A stretch of DNA of 64,000 nucleotides from Selaginella moellendorffii (lineage: Eukaryota > Plantae > Lycopodiophyta), in the NCBI RefSeq assembly GCF_000143415.4, contig NW_003314394.1:186042-250041 (forward strand), in the 5' to 3' direction. Of this stretch, positions 58,847 through 64,000 are shown in pieces. Each line of letters starts with the position of its first letter. Positions within the stretch are counted from its first letter, which is position 1. The notes beneath the pieces are model-generated. The model was not told the origin of the DNA. It saw only the letters and a program-made list of their open reading frames with translations, and did not search any database. The position numbers and the translations under genes are program-made.

Positions 58847-60242
58847 ATGGCTATGGCGGTCTCGCTCGCGCTCGCGCTTCCGGGGCAGAGGAGCGTCACA
58901 GCGCTATGGAATCCGGCGAGCACCGCGAGGCAGCATTGTGTGGGCAGGGCGATCGTGGCTTTGGCGTCGTCTAGGCGGAGCAAGGGAAGTGGGAGCAGCA
59001 AGAGCAAGGTTTGTTTCATTCTTTCTCTTGGACGAGGATAGAGATATGGGCTGATTGCTAGACCCCAGGCAGGTTTCAAGGATCGACAGCAGCAGCAGCC
59101 TCGCCGGCAGCAAAGAATTCGAGTGGAAGAACTTGACGATGATGATTTTGACGATGAGGAGGATGAAGCGGGTCTGGAGGCACTGTTCGCTCAGCTGGAG
59201 AAGGATTTGGAGGCCGAGCGAGCGGGAAAGAAGGTGGAGGTGGAGACGATCACTGAGGAACAGATGGTTGCTCTGGAACAGGAGCTGATGGGTGGTGGTG
59301 GCAGTCGGGGCGCAAAGAAAAACGCAAAGAAAAAGAAGAACAAGGATCGAGAAGAAGAGGAGAAAGACGTTTCGAGGGATGAAAGAGAAGATGAGGAGGA
59401 GGAGGAAGAACAAGAACAAGAAAGCAGCGGTGGTGGATCTGGTCTGGCGAAGTTTATTGAAGAGGCACAGCGATTGGAAAGCGAAATGGTGGCGAAGCGG
59501 GTTGTCAAGCTCGAGAAATGGCAACTTCGAAAGCTAAGAGATGCTTTGGACGTTGAAAAGAGCCAGCTCAAGGTATGTGCATGGCTTCTCTCTTTCTCCT
59601 TCTCGAAGGTCTGTTCACTTGTTCCTCTCTCTTTTCTTTTTCCAGGTGAAGGCCCTGGCTGGAGAAACTGGACTCGATCGCAGGGATGTTCTTACCTTTC
59701 TACGCGATCCTCCACCGGAGCTCATCGAACTGATTGACTCGATATCCGACAAGGAATCGGACGAGGAAGAAGACAAGCCCGAAGATCAAACAGGCAGTCA
59801 AGAACAAGATAGCGAAGCTGGCAAAGAGGAAAACGACTCTCCTCGTGTAGAAAGGATAGGCTTGCCGGGTGATACTCAAGGAACAGGTCCAAAGGCGTGG
59901 TACGGGAAGAAGAGAATCCGGAAAGAACACTTGGAAACTTTTGAGAAGGTGTTCCAACGTACGAAGAGGCCGACTGTGAGTTTTCGATCAAATCTTTCGG
60001 TGTTTTTTCTAACTAAACTCGTGGTTTTCGAGCAGGGTGCTTTGATCCAAAACATCGTTGAGCTGACTCACGTCCCAAGGAAACGCGTTTTGGATTGGTT
60101 TGAGAATCGGAGGCAAGAACACGCAGCCAGGTTAGTGCGCTATAGACGAATGTTCTTTCTTGGAGTGTTTTTTTTTTTCAATCCAGCTTTGTTCCAGGAA
60201 GGAAGAAAACAGGCACTTGGCAAGGAAATGAATCAATTGTAG
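58847..60242 (+). CDS. OCP3: OVEREXPRESSOR OF CATIONIC PEROXIDASE 3-like homeodomain protein
   Basis: Transit-like N-terminus, acidic 'LEALFAQLE.DL', 'KL.KWQL.KL..AL', 'LDR..VL..LRDPPP.L' and homeodomain 'KR..K.H.ET.E.V..RTKRPT...I..IV..T..PRKRVL.WFE'. Confidence 0.85.
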
Positions 60243-61200
60243 ACATCGCACTTTCAAGGTTCGATTCGATAGAGACTTTGCCAAAAGGATGTTAAGTTGC
60301 GTGTCATGTTCTTAGGTGTGCAGTTCCGATCAAACTCCACCAAGCGTTGGGATTGTGTAGCGACGAGCAAATCGCGTCGACAACTGGAGAAGAGAGTGAT
60401 GTGCCTTTTTTATTTTCTTCTTCTCTTTGTTTTTCTCCTTTCGTGAACAAACAGGAGGAAAGATTGGGAGCTTCTTATCTCAGCCGAGCTGCGTCGCTAT
60501 CCGTGCTTGTCAATGATATCGACAACTTGTCCCAATTAACAATGCAAAATTTCTGTCATGCTTGGCTCTTCCTTTGCAATTATTGGTGGAATACTGGCAG
60601 GAGCTATATAAGAGCAGTGCTTTTGCATTATAATCACTCTAAGACTATAAGACGTTGAGACTAAGATGTTACACCGAGATGACATCGACAGAATTGCCAG
60701 GGCACCATGCGTGCGGCTTTCGCTGAATTAGCTGGCTAGTCGCAAAAGTTTGGGTCCTCCAACTTTCGTTTCTCATATCTCAATCGCAGCAAAGGTGACA
60801 AAGGTTTTCACGTGAATTTTCTTTTGGTAGAAAAAAACACACACAAAAGAAAACAATGGAACTCTCAGATATATAGATCGATCCAGCAACAAGCAGAGCG
60901 TTAGGCGATGGAGCTTGTGTAACCACAACAAAAGGCAAACGTATAGTCCATAAATTTCACAGAGTTAACGACACCAAACTTCTCTCCAGCTGGTTTACGA
61001 CTGGCCACAAGAACGATTGTCCACTACACACGCTCGGCGCTATAAATTTGGGATCTCTCGACAAAGAGAGAGTGGCACATAGTACTACTAATCTTGTCTG
61101 GTAACTTTCTTGCGCGTCAAGTGGTACTTCCATACATCGCAAAGAACAAGATCGAAGAATTTCTTCTCCGAGGAGCGAGTATCTTATAGTTTTTGCTGGC

Positions 61201-63012
61201 ATGGGAACTAGCAGCGCACAAAATTCGATGCTCCAGTCTCGCCTAGCTTTAGCTGCTCTTCTTCTTCTTCTTCTTGTCCAGAGCTCTTACAGCGCGTTTG
61301 AATTGACACCGGACGTTCCACCGATCCAACACCACCATCGCAAGGCCGGGGACGGGCAACTTTGGGTGGGAATTACGATCGTTTCCAGCGCTTTGGCCTC
61401 GGCAACTGGAGGCGGTGAGTGGAAGGACCGATGAAAAGTTCTCTCAAGTTTTCCAAGAATCTCTCGTGAAATTCGGTGGAATTGTGATGCAGTATGCTTG
61501 GATGGGAGTGCTCCTGCCTATCATCTCCTCAAAGGCTCTGGAAGTGGCGCGAAAAGCTGGCATTTACATCTAGAGGTGTGCTTCCTCTGTTTTTCATTAT
61601 CTCGATCTCGAGAAATTGGACCAGCCATGCCATGAATTCTAACACAAATTCTTGGATCGTCGTCTTCCAGGGTGGAGCTTGGTGCGAATCGATCGAGAAG
61701 TGCGTCGAGAGGGCATCTACGAATCTGGGAAGCTCCAGCAAGATGGAGACCTCAATCCCTTTCACGGGCCTTCTCAATAACAATTACAACGTCAACCCAG
61801 GTGAGATCATCATCGTCTTTCTCTAATTGTTTTTGATACGTGGTCGAATCATAGACTTCTATAACTGGAATCACGTCTACGTAAGATACTGCGATGGATC
61901 ATCGTTCAACAGTGACGTAGCAAATCCTTACAAGACTTCTTCTGGTCAGGTAATCTATCGTAATGTCACAAAACTTAATGTTTTTCTTAAGAAAAATCTT
62001 TCCAGACGCTGTATTTCAGAGGAAGAAAAGCTTTTAAAGCGATCATAGATGATCTCAAGTCTCAAGGTCTTGGCAATGCAGACCAGGTAAAAGTCCCCAG
62101 TAACACGAAATAAATTACAAGAGTTTGTGATTTTTACAGGCATTTCTCACTGGATGCTCGGCCGGAGGACTGTCAACGATTCACCGTTGCAATGACTTTC
62201 AGTACTATCTCCCTGGGATCAAAGTCAAGTGCTTGAGCGATGGTGGCTTCTTTCTCAACGCGTGAGTCATCGAAAGTCAGAGTTCCGTTGACCCACATTC
62301 TTTTGTTTTTTTTTTCAGACCGGATACCAGCGGCAACTATGCACTGTATAGTTTTTATAATGGAGTTGTCAACACACACAGCTTGAAAGATACACTGCCT
62401 AGCTCTTGCATCTCATCAAAAGATGCAACCCAGGTATTTTCATAAACAATCTTGCTGAAGTTAGTGTATTTCCATCGAGAATCTTCCAGTGCTTTTTTCC
62501 ACAAAACATGCAAAACTACGTTGGACCGCCCTTGTTCTTCGTCAACGGTGCCTACGACTTTTGGCAGGCAAGAGTTCTTCACTTGGTACTATTGTTGTTT
62601 CTTATAAATTATTGTCGCAGCTAGAGAATGTCAAGAGATTGTCGAGAGATCAATACAGCTCCTGTGTGGATCACTCGGCGTGCCCAAACGTAAATGTTCT
62701 GCAAGGGTTCAGGCAAAGCATGCTCGACGCGCTCTCCGTCTCGCGCTCCCGGGGATCGTCGGGGATGTTCATCGATTCCTGCTTCAGTCACTGCCAAGTT
62801 CAAGGGGATGACAAGTGGAACAATCCCAAAGTCAATGGCCTGGTATGGAAAAACTTCTCGTAGATTTGCTTCAAGCCTCATCGTGATCTTGTTTGACTGG
62901 ACAGTCAACTGCAAAAACTGTGGGTGATTGGTACTTTGGCCGTTCGTCGTCGTCCATACACATCGACTGTGCATACCCTTGCAATCCAACTTGTGTCACA
63001 AGGCTCGATTGA
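61201..63012 (+). CDS. PAE: Pectin acetylesterase (Notum/PAE family), multi-exon
   Basis: '[10 protein letters not shown]...GSGSG', 'EGGAWC', '[18 protein letters not shown]', 'GCSAGGL', '[10 protein letters not shown]', '[10 protein letters not shown]', 'IDC.YPCNPTC'. Confidence 0.95.
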
Positions 63013-63159
63013 AAGAAAGAAACTGCAAAAGAAATAAACTCCTCTTACAAACCCCAAGAGAAAAGAGATAACATATCGAAAGCTTTATTCATGGATGTAT
63101 AAATGAAAAGTGATACTTCCTCTTATTCTTCGCGACAACACTATAACGTTCCGATAAAT

Positions 63160-64000
63160 CTATCCGATACTTGCAATGTTGAGGAGGCTGCTAATGAGAT
63201 TCAAGACATTCTCCGCGGGCACAGCAATCCCAGATCCCAAAACATTCACCGAGAGGATGTCACCACCAGATCCATCCCCGGAGCTACCATTAGGATCTTG
63301 CTGCAAATTCGCGGTCAGGGAACTCGTCTTTTGCATGAATTCTCCCACGGTATAGTTGTATGGCTCCACGCGAGCCTCCCTCTCCGAGTATAGAACAGTG
63401 CGCATGGACGCATCCTGGCTCGCCAAAGCCGGAAGAATCCCAGCAACAAGCTGCCAAATTCCAATACCATTAGTTACAAAGCTCGCCAACTTTCTCGTAA
63501 GCTTTCAGAATGATAACTTACCGAGACTGCTCTGGAGCTCTCGAGATGTGGAAGCATGTCTGTTGCCACTGATGCTGCCAAGCCCGGGCCGAGCGACTGA
63601 ACACCCAACAGCAGTTTCGTGGGATCGTCATCGATGCTGAAGTCGGGCCGCAGGCTGCCATTGAAAGCCCTGTTCACTGCCGTGGAGAGCACCTCGTTGG
63701 TCACGTTTAGATCTTGAGGCCTCTGGATGGCCCGGTCCTGGAGCACACTAAGCATGGAACTGAAAGAGCGTTTGATAAATACACTTTGCAATATGGATTG
63801 ATTGATAATTAAAAATGTTACCTGACTTGGGCGATTGAGATTGCACTGAACTCGCTCAACATCTGTGGAATCATCTGCTGACCTCCTGAAACTTGCTGAA
63901 ACACAACTTTCTGGGAGACCGAAGCTGGCTGCACAACCGAAGATGGTCTCGCCCTTGCGTTTCCGAGGCTGGCTCTGAGAAAGATGTCGTTGAGCACAAA
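63160..64000 (-). CDS. Desiccation-related PCC13-62-like (ferritin-like fold) protein, divergent; 5' end lies beyond the window
   Basis: 'RP..L......V.RAF...L.P.F' and 'LVAGIL...ASQDA.MRT.LY......VEPY.YTV.EF....S.L...L' match the PCC13-62 family pattern. GT-AG introns at ~63748-63821 and ~63465-63521. Confidence 0.65.

Noticed and set aside
60350-60500. miR156-like hairpin ('agaagagagtga' plus a short inverted repeat)
   Set aside because: Only a 12-nt match to miR156, with no complementary star arm.

Overview
Eukaryotic land-plant nuclear DNA. Tiny introns (about 45-100 nt), very short intergenic gaps and intronless PLS-class PPR genes suggest a lycophyte such as Selaginella; this is inference. 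Gene-dense, about 50% GC blocks (5.6-9.8 kb and 24.4-64 kb) alternate with AT-rich, decayed transposon blocks (0-3.9 kb, 11.3-22.9 kb, about 48.5-50 kb, 51.7-53.3 kb). Recognisable genes: PIRL LRR protein, an At5g65540-like histone-fold protein, a secreted bulb-type lectin chimera, a TORNADO1-like LRR-Roc-COR protein, MVD, an Abraxas/ABRO1-like MPN protein, four GDSL lipase genes plus one GDSL pseudogene, plastid RPL15, a GH1 beta-glucosidase, DPH2, ADNT1, two kinase-less SERK-ectodomain LRR genes, two PPR genes, U2A', OCP3, a pectin acetylesterase and a truncated PCC13-62-like gene. The most notable observations are: (1) an intact, extremely AT-rich, intronless secreted protein with an unknown N-terminal domain fused to a B-lectin domain; (2) a complete Cassandra-type TRIM with 5S-rRNA-derived LTRs; (3) a single-exon Roco gene lying between a decayed and an intact copy of the MVD/Abraxas gene pair; (4) a GDSL cluster whose three intact members all have Asn in place of the catalytic Asp; (5) a candidate orphan intronic C/D snoRNA and a tRNA-derived SINE-like element in the two unusually long introns I noticed. 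All calls are by eye and exon coordinates are approximate.
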